Source: Octopus sinensis
Lineage: Eukaryota
DNA: 64,000 nucleotides
Reading direction: 5' to 3'
NCBI RefSeq assembly: GCF_006345805.1
Contig: NC_043016.1
Location: 18,290,001 to 18,354,000, forward strand
A program made the translations under genes and the position numbers. The notes below the pieces were generated by a model. The model worked only from the letters and a program-made list of their open reading frames with translations, was not told the origin of the DNA and did no database searches. Shown here piece by piece: positions 37,936 through 51,416 of the stretch (the stretch's first letter is position 1; each line of letters starts with the position of its first letter).

Positions 37936-38683
37936 CATATATTTAAACCAAAATTAGACAAGTAAAATTGAAACAAGTTGATAATTTTGCCTGGAAATTT
38001 CAATATTTCCAGGTTAGGAAACTTTCGTCAAGAAGTCTTTTGAAAAAATTGTTACTCTTTGCTATCCGCTGAACTCCATGTGAGCACGGAGAAGTCCGTG
38101 GAGAGTCAGTGAAGATTTCCTGAGAAAGGGGATTTAAGCCTCAAATGTTGAAATACCAGGTAAAACTCTCAACCTGTTTCATTTTCATAGTTTGCCTTTG
38201 AAAAACGGTCAAACAAGAGTATTCCATCTAATTTTCTCTGTAAGTTATTGAAGTTTGTGTTACAAAGTAACAACGAAGTTTCGACCAAAGATTTTGCCAC
38301 CAGACGAAATTCGTGACACTATTAATGAAGACATTGAAATCCCTGCATGGTCATGAACCGATACTCTGGTTGCGGTTCATTGCTGACGTTTTTTTTTTCA
38401 TCTGGGAAAGAATCAGAGGACAGTATAGTTAACTTCCTGCAATTCTGTGACTGTTACGCGAAAAACTATGGTTTTAAGTCCAATATGAAATATACGTCTA
38501 GTTTTTCAAAAAACTTACGTTTTTGGACACAAAAGTTAAGTTTTCTGTGGGGCAGAATAGTAACAGAGTAATTTTTCAAGCCCACGTCATCCCACATTTT
38601 CCTTCACCACTTCTTCAATCATCTACATTATATAATTAGATCAAATTAGAAATTGAAGATAAATCAGATTTGTTCTTGATATA

Positions 38684-39240
38684 CGAGGTGGTATCACAAT
38701 GTTCCCGGACTACTTCTGTAGCATGCTAACAGTTGGCAGCATACGGTTACATGTGAACTGAGAGTAAGTTTGTGTTATAAAGTAACAACGAAGTTTTGAC
38801 CAAAGAGTTTACCACCAGACGAAATTCGTGACACTATTAATGAAGACATTGATATCCCTGCATGGTCATGAACCTTTATGCGGAAGCGTACTAAGAGACA
38901 TCCCTGTGTTTGCTTCCCAAATTGTGAAAGTTGGATTTTTGTGATGACATGTATGCTGTAGTCTGCGATTTGTTTTCATGGACTGGAAGCTGGAACAAAG
39001 AGCCAACGTGATAGTTTGCTTCAAACTTAAGAAATCTGCTATAGAGACATTGAAAATGCTTCGGCAAGTTTACTGTTCTTACGCAATACTTCGAGGGGCA
39101 CGGGCACTTCAAAAGCGAAAGACCGTCCCTGGAATATGATGGATAATCTGGAAGGTCTGCCACGAGCTTCGCTCCAAGAAATGTGAAGAAAATGCATCAG
39201 CTTGTGCGTGAGGATCGTTGGAGGACAACGACAATGACCT
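38684..39240 (+). mobile_element. mariner 5' fragment (left TIR + decayed N-terminal HTH)
   Basis: TA|cgaggtggtatcacaatgttcccggact; MDWKLEQRANV.VCFKLKKSAIETLKMLRQVY...SGR..TS...NVKKMHQLVREDR. Confidence 0.7.
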
Positions 39241-39654
39241 GGTTTACCAGGTGAGCAAAGTCGCTTCATTTTTTATGTTCGGAATGTTTTAACATGGCGC
39301 CGAAAGCTCACGTGTGCGAACTTTGACAAGAGACGATGGCATTGTTTATTAGTTCTTTTAATAGAATTGTAATTTTATTCTCCTTGTTCCTGTCAATTTT
39401 CTCTCTGTTACGTTTAAGCCAAGGGAGATGATGATTCGAATGGACACACATATACAAACAGAGAAAAACAGAGGGGGAGAAGGTCTGCATTAATCTACAT
39501 TCGTTTATCAATGGTTTTAATGGAATTGTTATTAATATTCTTATTTTTATAACATATGTCTTTTATTTGTAATTCTTGCCTCTTCTTTTTTGTGTAAAGT
39601 TTGTGTGAATGCGTATGGGTGTTTCAGTGCGTTTATGTATGAAGACAGATAGAT

Positions 39655-39758
39655 ACATACATACATACATACATACATACATACATACATACATACATAC
39701 ATACATACATAAATACATAGAAGATACCTAGATTGATAGAAGATAGATAGATAAATAA

Positions 39759-39791
<33 letters not shown>

Positions 39792-39808
39792 CAGATGGGT
39801 AGATAGAC

Positions 39809-39842
<34 letters not shown>

Positions 39843-39880
39843 AAAGATAGATAGATCGATAGATAGATAGATAGAGAGAT
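39655..39880. repeat. (ACAT)n and (GATA)n microsatellites
   Basis: Direct inspection. Confidence 0.95.
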
Positions 39881-40169
39881 ACAGAGAGAGACGGGGGAAA
39901 AAAGAGACATTTAGGTCTTATATATTTCTTTCAGGGAATGTCAGTTAGAAATTTTATAGCCCAATTTTTTTTATACTTTTGTTTTTGCGTTTTTGGTCAG
40001 TGTAAAGAAATATTTGTACCTCACAAATAATAAACATTATTTTTTTGTTTTTTAAACGTCATCCTTTTCGAAAGTATCTGTAAGATTTTTAAAAAATTCT
40101 ACCCTATGTAGTAATTATCTAATTATCCATTCTTCGAAATGTGGTCTGCAAAACAGCAACGAAAATAAC

Positions 40170-40271
40170 AATTACGAAAATAACAACTGCAACAACAACA
40201 AAAATAACAACTACAACAATAACAATATTAATAATAATAACAACAACAATAAAATAATAATAATAATGATG

Positions 40272-40308
<37 letters not shown>

Positions 40309-40469
40309 TAATAATAATAATAATACAATAATAATAATAATAATAATATAATAATGATAATAATAAAATAATAATAATAATGATAATAATAATGAATAAT
40401 ATAATAATTCTAATAATAATAATAATAATAATAATAATGATGATAATAATATAATAATGATAATAAATG

Positions 40470-40560
<91 letters not shown>

Positions 40561-40608
40561 AATAATGATGATAATAATAATAATAAAATAATAATAATAA
40601 TAATAATA

Positions 40609-40642
<34 letters not shown>
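40170..40642. repeat. Long (TAA)n microsatellite
   Basis: Direct inspection. Confidence 0.95.
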
Positions 40643-40644
<2 letters not shown>

Positions 40645-42279
40645 TTTGCTTGGTCTGAAAATTGATATTAAAAAAAGAATGTTTAAGTAAATAATTATTT
40701 GAGCAGTTGATATTTATAGGTGAGTGTATCATTGATCTTTATGGTATAATGATCGGGAATCAATCTGTACTTAGTCACTGAATTCTATGTAATTATGAGG
40801 AGAGGGGGGAAAAGCAGTGAGAAAGTAAGAGAAAGAAAGAGAGAAAGAACAGAAAAGGAGAAGAGAAAATAAGAAAAAGCACGAAGTAGAGGATTGAGAA
40901 AGAGAAAAGCACGGCCTTTCATTTGTTTGATTTATTTAAATGTTAATTATTGTCAAGCGCAAATATTTTTGATAGGAACGGAACCTGGAATGGTATAAAA
41001 TACGGAATACCACTTTGCTTTCCCGTGATTGTTTCCTTTATTTCTTCTAATTAGTTGGTCATTATCAACACCTCATTAAGTCTGACGTACATTATATAAA
41101 GGAGAAAGTTGAACGCCTAAAATAATAAACTATTGCCTCTCGTAGTGTTACGGGAGAATCCTGAACACCCCCACGTGGCTGAAGATGGATTAACCGATTA
41201 CAATAAATATGAACTGAGTGAACTGTCAGAGGGGGTAGCTGACCATGTTAGTTTGACCGTGATGGTTTATCATATTAGTTCGACATGTGTTGGTTTAGCG
41301 GTCGGTAGTTGAACAGTGGATACTGAGTATCGTACCTACGTTCGAGTTGTAATGAGTGCGTTCTGTGTTAACACATATATTCCTACGATGGATTATTTTT
41401 AGATAAACACAACCAACTATTTATTTATGTAATACCATTTTACACCAGCCGTGTATGCCAACGTCATATCATATACTGAAAGGTTAAGCACATTAAACAT
41501 GCCCAGTGTCTGTGTGATGGAGAGGGCAGTGTATGATTTTTCATACTGTATTGTTTACGTACGGAAAGCGTGTGTATAAAATTATAGAATTATTTTGTTT
41601 GTTAATTGTTTAAATTATTTTCCATTGCTTTCGTTTTAGCCTTTCGTTTTTTTTTTCTTAAGCAATGGAAAATAGTTTAAACAATACACGTGTATCTCAA
41701 AACAAAAATTCAAAACAAAAACAAAACGAATAATTTTAGACACACGCGTAACAAATAAATTAATTTAACAATTAAGAAGAAAAAACGAAAGGTTAAAATT
41801 TAGGGTTAGGGTTAGGGTCAGTGACAGGATGTTGTCTCAGTTTTAGACGCAGCAAATGATTTTAGCTCAATAGAGGCAATTGATTGGTTAAAATTCGAAA
41901 AATTAAACTACGTTAAACTTACAAATTACAATTTTCACAAGAAAGCCAAGAGAAAAAATGTTTTATTTTGACACATTCTACCAGTATACGAAGTTTAAAA
42001 GTGTTTAGTTAACAAAACAATTGTGTTGAAAACTGCCGTTCAAAAGGAAAAGGTCCGACTCTTGTTTATGTAAGTCCCTACTTTTCTGTGAAAACATAAT
42101 TTGTGGAAAAAATAAAGGTAGCATGTTTTGTGATGCACTAGTGTACTAATTATAAAATTACATTATTATTTTCAGGCCCAAAATTTGTAAAGTCCTTATA
42201 AATATATGAACATTTTCTATAAAGAAGACGAAAATTTACACACACACACACACAGACACACACACACGCACGCACACAC

Positions 42280-42322
<43 letters not shown>

Positions 42323-42509
42323 TATGCAAACAATTAGCATGTACCATTGTATCTCATCTGTTCTGTATGTATACATACCTAAAAACATACATACATACAT
42401 GCAAACGTATATGTATGTTTGTATGTATGTATGTAAGTATGTATGTATGCATGTATGTATGTATGCATGTATGTATGTATGTATGTATGTATGTGTGTGT
42501 GTATATATA

Positions 42510-42744
42510 TACTCTCCTTATTTAAGACGATATATGCTGCCATAATCCTTGCCTTCAGTTAATCTTTGGTATTACAAGGCGTTTTTTGGTTCCTTGCTCA
42601 ACTGCAACCCACGCATAATAATCAAGGGGTTGCAGTCTGGGAGTTAGGTGGCCAAATATTAGGGGTGATGAGGCTGCACAAATCGTCTGACAGCCATGAT
42701 TGTGTTCTCCTGCCTGTGTGGCATGTTGCACAGTCCTGTTGCCA
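42510..42744 (-). pseudogene. Tc1/mariner-superfamily transposase C-terminal fragment
   Basis: WQQDCATCHTGRRTQSWLSD...ITPNIWPPNSPDCNPLDYYAW on minus strand. Confidence 0.7.
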
Positions 42745-45475
42745 GTTCGTGTACACACTGGCCAGGAGGTGCCCGAACAATCTGGCATACACTTATGTAG
42801 CTCGTAGGGTAAACCATACAGACTCGGTGACATATCTATACCACAGTCCGCTATAGCCTCAATTATCTCTCCAGGCCTGATCGGCCCCTCACAAGACTCC
42901 GCACCCCGCCCCGAGAGGCGCGGTAGCCCAGCAAGGAAGTCCGTAATGTCCCTCCTACCATCCGGCCAATCCCCCACCCCCGAAAAGCTGGGCGAAATGC
43001 TCCTGAAAGGCCACGCACATTTCCCCAGAATCGTTTATCCATACACCTTGATGATTTACCAAAGATCGAATTGTGGAATCATTTCCAAGTAGTGCCTCCA
43101 CCACTCGGTCCCATCCAGCGACCTTGATTCGTTCGCAATCCATTACACGTAATATAGCTCTGACAATGCATCCCATGTGTTGGGATTCGATATGCTGGTT
43201 TAATTCCAGTCTCTTCACCCTCACCTGGTCCGTATTGCCAGTCCTCATGACTTCCTCCAAGTTCTTAACTAGACACTTTTCTTTCTTACGTTCCTTATCC
43301 TATGCTACATGTAATAGACTCATATTTTATGGCTCATTTTAGGGCGTACCATCATTTGCTATTAACGATGGCACCTGTTAATGCCCTTTGAATTATCATC
43401 TTAATGCGCTTCCTGTACTCCACAATTGCCAACAGGGACGTATTTATTTTCTAGTAGCCAGAGCCCTTTCTGTGTACCTTATCTAAGTTCAGCGTACAGG
43501 TGATCATCTTGTGGTCATTGTAGCTGACTGGATAAAACTGTGGGCACTTAACTATGCTTTTATTTATTTTTCTAATTAGAATCCTATCTATATACGATCT
43601 GGACGACCCATCGCTGCTTGACCATGTCCACAGTGGAGCGTCAGGGTGTTCCAGCCTATATGGATCTGCTAGCTGAAAACGACTTAACAGATCCCGGAAG
43701 CCAAGAATACTTGTTCTATTCGATGTCGAGCCAAAACAATCCACGCGTGCATCGCAGATTGTGTTAAAGTCTTCTAGCAACACTAAAGAATACAACATGA
43801 CTAGAATCTTCTCTAGGTCACGAAAATATTCACATTTTTGACCAGTATTGTTGGTTGTATAAATAGCCACCAGCCTGATCGTCTTAGCACCACTGAATGT
43901 CAAATCCAAAACAATCAGCCTACCTTTTGGATCAGAATAAAATCAACCTCTTACTCTGAAACCCGGTTCGTTTTCAATAGGACCAACACCCCGCTCCCAC
44001 CTGCAGCCCGACACGGAGAAACATATTTCTTGTAGCCGTTCATCAGAGGGAGCAAATATCTTGGTCCCGTCAGCCGGGCTTTTGTAGCAACAATTACTTC
44101 CAAATCCCGATTTCTGGTGTCATTTAAGAAGCGCCCTTGCTTCCAGCTCGACATCAGACCACATACATTTACACAAGCGATACGAATAGCCATAATGTCC
44201 TACCTCAGTATTCTGAAGTATCAGGTGGAGAGGAAGTCTTTGCCTCTTCTTTTTTTGTTGCTCGCAGGATAGGAGCCAGTAAGTCGTTAAAAATGGAATG
44301 ATGAAAGTCTTTTCTCATTGTCCCGTTTCCCTGAATATATTCTTCAGGATTTCTTGACTTAAATCTATATCGTAGATTTCGTAATTTTCATACGTGCCTG
44401 AGTATTCATCTACCCTTTTTACTCTCTTCTTCAAATTTGATTCTCCCATCAACTCCTTGTCTTCTGTATGAAATGCTGCTAAACCTCTCTCTTCATTCTC
44501 TCTCTTAGCTGTCTTCTTCGGCCTCTTGTCTGCAGACAACGTTTTAGCTGGTATTGTCTGGAGTATTTTCCTTTTACTTCCTATCTAATTTTCTTTCTTC
44601 TCCTCTCCTTTTTCTTCCTCTTCGTGTTCCTCTCCTTCTTTGCATTCCGAACAGTTATGTCCCAGTTGACCGCACTGGAAGCACCTTCGTTTTCGTCCCT
44701 CCACAAACACTATGAGAGACTCCTCTGCTATTTCTATTTTCTCTGGTATTTCTTCGAGAGCTTGCGGCTCTGCCTGTATGATCATATCAATTGTTTGGCC
44801 GTGTCAACTCATTTTATCTACAACTGTCGCCTGTAGGAGTGTGATATTCTACTCTAGGTTCATAGTTACGGCTGCTATCAGCCACATGGGGTCCATCTCC
44901 GGTTGAATTCCCCCTGTTCGAATTCTTGATGTTCTCCTTCCCATATATATGTGCATGAGTGCCACATCGTCCGTCTCTATAGTTTCAACTTAATGGTATT
45001 GCGGCTTTTCCTCGCTTACCATTCTCACCTCTATTGTGCCAAACTTTTTACCGCGAGTTATGTATTCAAAACCGGACAATACTTGTTGTAAACCTTTTTC
45101 CACTGTTTCTTCAGCCATTCTGTCTATTTTTTTGCTTTTAAGATTGTACGTTTTCTATATTATTTTTTTTTTCTTTTTTCCGCTTCTGACACTTTCTCTG
45201 AAGTTTCTACTTTCAACGTGGTTCCTTCTTTTTGTAACATATTTGTGTACTTTTTTTTATTTCTTCTTTTTCTGTATAGAGCTGCAGGGTTCGACTCCCG
45301 GCTGCTGTTGCAAAACGTTTTTCTCTTTATTTTGTAAACTTTTCACTGCTATATTCCTTGTTGATACAATGCCATTTTGGGGGGGGTCTCACTCAGGAAA
45401 CTTGGAAAATCTTGTGGCGTCATTAGTTGGAGTGTCGTTGGTGAGCTTTCTGTCTGTTGGGTTGTATCCGGCGTA
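42734..45475 (-). mobile_element. Tx1/L1-clade LINE, 5' part only: disrupted ORF1 (~45118-44315, CCHC knuckle CFQCGQLGHNCSEC) and ORF2 from 44193 (APE endonuclease), cut before the RT core
   Basis: ACVNVCGL, VLLEDFN, SYIDRIL, NDHKM endonuclease motifs; SP.LYGLPYE linker; multiple stops/frameshifts. Confidence 0.85.
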
Positions 45476-45699
45476 CAAGTACAATATATATACATATTAT
45501 ATATGTATGTATACACCACACACACACAACCACACACACACATATATATAGATATATATATATATATTATATATATATTTTTTTTTTTTATAAATATATA
45601 TAATCTAATATATATATATATTTATATATTATATTTATAAATATATATATAATAATATAATCTCATATATATATATAATATATATATATATTATATATT

Positions 45700-46135
45700 G
45701 TACGTCCCAGGTTGAGTTGGGGTTAACTACAGTAAATAAGGTACTCAATACATAGCAGAGTAAAGTAATTTATTTGATAGAAGGAGCTTCTACAGGACTA
45801 GAACTGTTTCATTCAGTTGAAATCTTCAGGAAGCTGGCTGTCAAAATAAGTACAAAATAGGCAGAATTAATGGAGTGGTGATGGACGTTTTTTTGGGTAG
45901 GTTGGTATTTAAGAGATAAACAGGGCACAAGCTATTGTTCTTAGGGGAGTGGTCAAAAGGCCAGAGTGTTTTTTGAAATGAGAAGAATCAGTGAGAAATA
46001 AATAAATGAATAAATAAAATAAATGAATAAAAAAAATAAATGAATAGAAGCAGATATATGGGATGGGATTTTAGGTAAATTAAAAACAATTGCTTTTTGG
46101 TGGTCAAGAAAAGGTAGACAGTTTGTTATTGTTAG
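45700..46135 (-). mobile_element. Penelope-type pLTR-like repeat carrying hammerhead H3
   Basis: Contains intact hammerhead; ~125 bp recurs inverted at 47665-47790. Confidence 0.5.
45785..45835 (-). ncRNA. Type I hammerhead ribozyme (family H3), all core residues intact
   Basis: AGCTTC-CTGAAGA-[T TTC aact GAA T]-GAA-[ACAG ttctagtc CTGT]-A-GAAGCT: 6-bp stem I, 3-bp stem II over a U.U pair, 4-bp stem III, GUA triplet. Confidence 0.8.
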
Positions 46136-46297
46136 GTGGAGGGAATAAATAGATAAATATACATGAAAAAACATATAAAGTAAATATACATACATACACC
46201 ATACATACACATGCGAATATACATATTTATAAGTACATACGCACATATATATACATACACATACATACAAATATATATACATACATATATATATATA

Positions 46298-46663
46298 CTA
46301 GTAGTATCGCCCGGCGTTGCTCGGGTTTGTAAGGGAAATAACTATAAAGCAGTTTTAGAGAGTTATAGCCAAAAAATGGAAAAAAAATGATGGTAAATTT
46401 TTTTTTAAGTAAAAAGGTCGAGTTGCGTCCCCTAGACAGTCTGTGGTTGGTGTTTCTGATTCTCGACCCCATGTCGAATTCTCGATTTTTTCAGAACTGG
46501 GGGAACTTTTCAAAATTTTCGCTGCGTTAGTTTTGAATTATGACATTGGCTATGTGTGTGTCAAGTTTCATCAGAATCGGTTGAAAGCCGTGGTCAGGGT
46601 GAGGGTACAAGCAAACAGACAACAGAAACACACACAGACAAACTGCGTTTATATAGAGAGAGA
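46298..46663 (-). mobile_element. Non-autonomous Helitron sharing only its 3' end with the 9081 family
   Basis: Minus strand ends cccgagcaacgccgggcgatactaCTAG|T and begins A|TCtctctctatataaacgcag. Confidence 0.75.
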
Positions 46664-46664
46664 T

Positions 46665-47500
46665 ATATTCATATACACATACATATACATACATACACCT
46701 ACATACACACACACACGCACATATATATATAATATTATATATATATATATATTATATACACATACAAATACACATAAGTATAATACATAAATATACCCAT
46801 GGACATATAACATATACATAATTATGCATATATAAACCATACATACAATACATATGTACACACAAACACACACTAAATATTACACGCATATATAAACACA
46901 TATGCACATATAAAAACATATGTGTATATAAATATATATGCACATATATAAGTATATATACGCATATAAATACATATATTCATATATAAATACACACATG
47001 CATATACATACATACACACATATACAAACATGCACATACATACACATACATACACGTACATACATATACACATCTACACAAATACACATATATATACCAT
47101 ACATAAATCTACATGTCCATATATATACATATACACACATCCATACACAAATATACCTGCATACACATACATTTATATACAGATACACATGTAAATATAA
47201 ATACCCATACGCATACATAAATATATACATGCATATATATACATACATACACATGCACAGACACACATATATATATACATAAATTCATACATGCATATAT
47301 ATATACCCATATACACATATACATACACACATACACACATATAAATACACTTATATGCATATATACATACATAAACATATACATATGTATATACATACAT
47401 ATAAATACATACACATGTACACACACATATACATAAATACATACACACGCATACAAAAATATGCACACATATATATATATACATACATATATATATATAC

Positions 47501-47547
<47 letters not shown>

Positions 47548-47660
47548 TATATACACGCGCATACATACATATGCACATATATACACATACACACATATAT
47601 ACACGCATACACATACACATGTACATATACATATGCACACATACATATATATGCACATAT
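46665..47660. repeat. ~1-kb degenerate (AT)/(AC) microsatellite field
   Basis: Direct inspection. Confidence 0.95.
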
Positions 47661-47801
47661 ATGCACCTCTTCTTGACCACCAAAAAGCAATTGTCTTCTA
47701 ATTTACCTAAAATCCCATCCCTATATCTGCTTCTATTCATTTATTTTTTTATTCATTTATTCTGTTTTATTCATTTATTTATTTCTACACCACACACATA
47801 G

Positions 47802-47832
<31 letters not shown>

Positions 47833-48147
47833 ATAATATATATACATAACATATACATATATATATATTATATATAGATATATATATATATATATAATAT
47901 ATATATATTATATATATATAAAATATATACATATATATAATCTAATATATATATATAATCTTGGTGATTTGGGAAAAAAAATACTAATGAGTCCTTCGAA
48001 TTTAACTAAATTCTATATTTTTATGCAGTATAAGATTGCTATACAATTTAAATTGATGTAATGTTTGCATTGTTCAATTAATGGAGTCACATGAAACGAT
48101 CGTTCTGCATTAACTCTGGATATCCTTTGTTTGCTTATTTTGAGCAT

Positions 48148-48199
<52 letters not shown>

Positions 48200-50242
48200 G
48201 AAACATACAAATATCTTTTAAATTTTACGCCTTCCATTCACTTAATTGCGGCCATGGTGGGCATCAACTCTCGAAGAATTTTACTCAACCCCAGTAATCT
48301 TTTAGTTTTCAAAGCTTAGTACATATTCTATTGGTGTACTTTGCCAAACCACTAAGTTACGAGCACGTAAACATGCTAAAACCGGTTACCGGTTGTCAAC
48401 CAGTTATCATGAACAAACACAGACTCAAAGAAACCTGCACGCACGCACTCATACACGCACACACACACATACACACACACATACTGTGGGCTTCAATTCA
48501 GTGTCCGTTTATCACGCAAGTAAGTTCGAAATTTCGGTCTGGTAAACTACATTTGAGCTCACTTATATGGATACAGCAGATTTTCAAATTTCTACATGCA
48601 AGAATGAATTCTCAACAATAACACACCATCGAATTTAATCAATAAAATTTTCAATATCTTTGCATAACAACTTAATTATCATTCACATACACCAGAAAAA
48701 ATTAAGATTAAACAGAAACTATATAGAGCTAAGATAAACTCAAATAAACTACAGTTCTCTGAAGACTAAGCAGGCCAATACTTTGAAGTCACTCTCAACA
48801 CTATTCCTGCGCTCTGAAAAATATATTCAGTTATCTTTCACTTTGATATGAACATTTTTTTCGGGGGTGGGGAATTTGGCATAAATACGTACATGCATAT
48901 ATACATATATAAATGTGTGTGTGTTTGTGTGTGTGTGTACAATTTTCAAAGATCTGCAAAGTTTTTGTATTTTTTTTTTATATATCAAAGAAACATACAC
49001 TCCATCCACTCAAACCAAGCAGCACATTATTCTTGTTTATTTTTTAAAGCTTTGTTTTTGATATATAAAAGTTTTTTTTTTAAAAAAGTATCTATGATGT
49101 TCATAATTTTGCCGCGTAGGAAATTAATAGCCACCGTTCAACAACATTCACCAAATCCAATCACTTTGAATGTATACAAGTTAAATATTTTTCTGGGCAG
49201 GATCTCGGGGTTCTTTTACACAGCATATTTGCGATTTTCCGTCATCTTCAATAGTCTGAAGATTGGAATATTCTGCCGCAAATACACCGCATTAAGACGA
49301 ATTCTTTGATGATAAACAGCAACTACAAACTAATTATCGATGCACCAAAAATTACGTGACGTTTTAATCATCCGCCATTGCGTTTTCTTTCTAATCAGTT
49401 TTCTTGTAAGATATAACGAATGTATTGAAAAGTGTTATCATATTCGATACGACAGTCATTAACTTTCACTTGTTTGCTTCTATTTTTTTTCTTCTCTTTC
49501 ATGGAATCTTTTTTTCTAGAAATAGTTTTCAATAACTAAGCATTGTGCAGTTTTAGCTTTAACATTTTTAAACGATAGAATATGCCAAAAAAAAAAAAAA
49601 AAAACCAGCAAAGAGAAAAAATATATCTAACAATAAATTGTCAACGCTATCACTAAATTTAAAGAATTAATTGAATTGTATAATACGTAGCAGAATTATT
49701 TCGGAAAAGTAGATGACCAGTTATATTTTTCATACAATAAAACGTAATGTGCAACTTGTCGGTCACGCTACGGGAAAGAAAATTAAAATAACAAACGGAG
49801 TGAGAATGGCTGACAGTCACAAATGCTAAAGCAAGCGAACTGCATTCAAAAGTACTGTTCAAAAGACGCTGGTATTTTAATCAAAATAAAATTGCTAATT
49901 TTCATCGTAAACTATATTTAGTTCATCAGTTTTACATACACAAATATAAGTATATATATGAAGTTAAATATCGAACACTTTTGGCTTCAAATTATCGTTC
50001 ACATAACATCTATATAATAATCTGCTTGTATATATTAATACTATGTGAACGACAATATATATTGCCATCCCCTGATCGAAAGTCCTACACACGCGAAGGC
50101 TACGACCAGCCATTTTGTGATAGATTTTACTACTTTGTTCAAGCGATGCCTGTGTTTGATGACATTTTATAGTGGGGATAGATAGATAGATAGATAGAAA
50201 GATAGATAGATAGATAGATAGATAAATAGATAGAAGATAGAT

Positions 50243-50304
<62 letters not shown>

Positions 50305-51278
50305 TGTTTCTTTATTAGCCACACAGGGTTGCACACAGATAGAACAAATTACAAGGTAGAGCTTTTCTTTTGAAGGTTTAAAAAAAAAAAAAAAAAAAAA
50401 GGAAAGGGGGGGTTTCGATCAAAAGGGATCGTAAAAGGAGAGAAAGAGGACAAAAAAAAGGGGGGGTTAAAAAAAAAAAAAAAAAAAAGGGGGGAGAGGA
50501 AAAAAAAAAATTGATCAATAGGGATCGTTATCACAGAAATGTCAATATGAAGTGTAAAGGGGAGGACAGGTGAGGTTTACCCGTGGAAAGAAAGCCTACG
50601 GAAAAGACCACGGTAACCCGGTCAATGAAGTCACATTTTATATTTCTTTTTTTTTTTTTTTTTTGCAAATAAGCAAACTCTGTTTTCGATTTCTGGGTTC
50701 ATAGGACTATGCTCAAGGTGGCTTCGTCATTCATACGTGCCATTCTTGCTACATTCACCCATCTTTTTTAAAACATTCGCTAGACAAAACTTGCCTCTCT
50801 ACTCTCACTTTCCTTTTCAAGTGGTACTTGAAGAAGTTGATGAGAGATTGACCAGAGAGAAAATGTTTGTCTCCAATCCTTTCAGACGCGTCCACCAGAT
50901 ACATTCTTTCGCATAGCCACAAGGATGATGAAAATAGCTCTTCCTTCCCGTTTGAAGGAAGGAGGCGTGACCAATATTGACGATAGACTCAGCTGATAAA
51001 CCGACTCGTCCCACACGTGACAGCAGTTGTTCGACATAAGCCCACAGGTCGGAAATTGTTGGACACTGAACGAGTGAGTGCAGAACGGTTTCGTCGCTCT
51101 GACCGCATCTCGGGCAGGTCGGCCCAGTGTTTCTCGAGCCCGTGTCTGTAGAGGCTTATCCCGAACGGGTAGCGCTTCTCGGTAGCACTGCCAGGCCAGG
51201 GATCTCTGGAAGTTTGTCCATGGGCCTGGCCCGAAAGTCGTCCCGAACAGGCGGGTCAGGTACTCCTCGTCGACGTCC
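50305..51278 (-). mobile_element. 5'-truncated Tx1/L1 LINE (ORF2 CCHC C-terminus + pyrimidine-rich 3'UTR) inside a (GATA)n array
   Basis: LAWQCYREALPVRDK...CPRCGQSDETVLHSLVQC...KECIWWTR; ends aataaagaaac directly into (atct)n; (GATA)n on both flanks. Confidence 0.85.
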
Positions 51279-51354
51279 AGATAGATAGATAGATAGATAG
51301 GTAGGTAGATAGATAGATAGATAGATAGATAAATAGATAGAAAGATAGATAGAT

Positions 51355-51416
<62 letters not shown>

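Noticed and set aside
41800-41817. Telomere or chromosome fusion site
   Set aside because: Only three hexamers in one orientation inside a repeat
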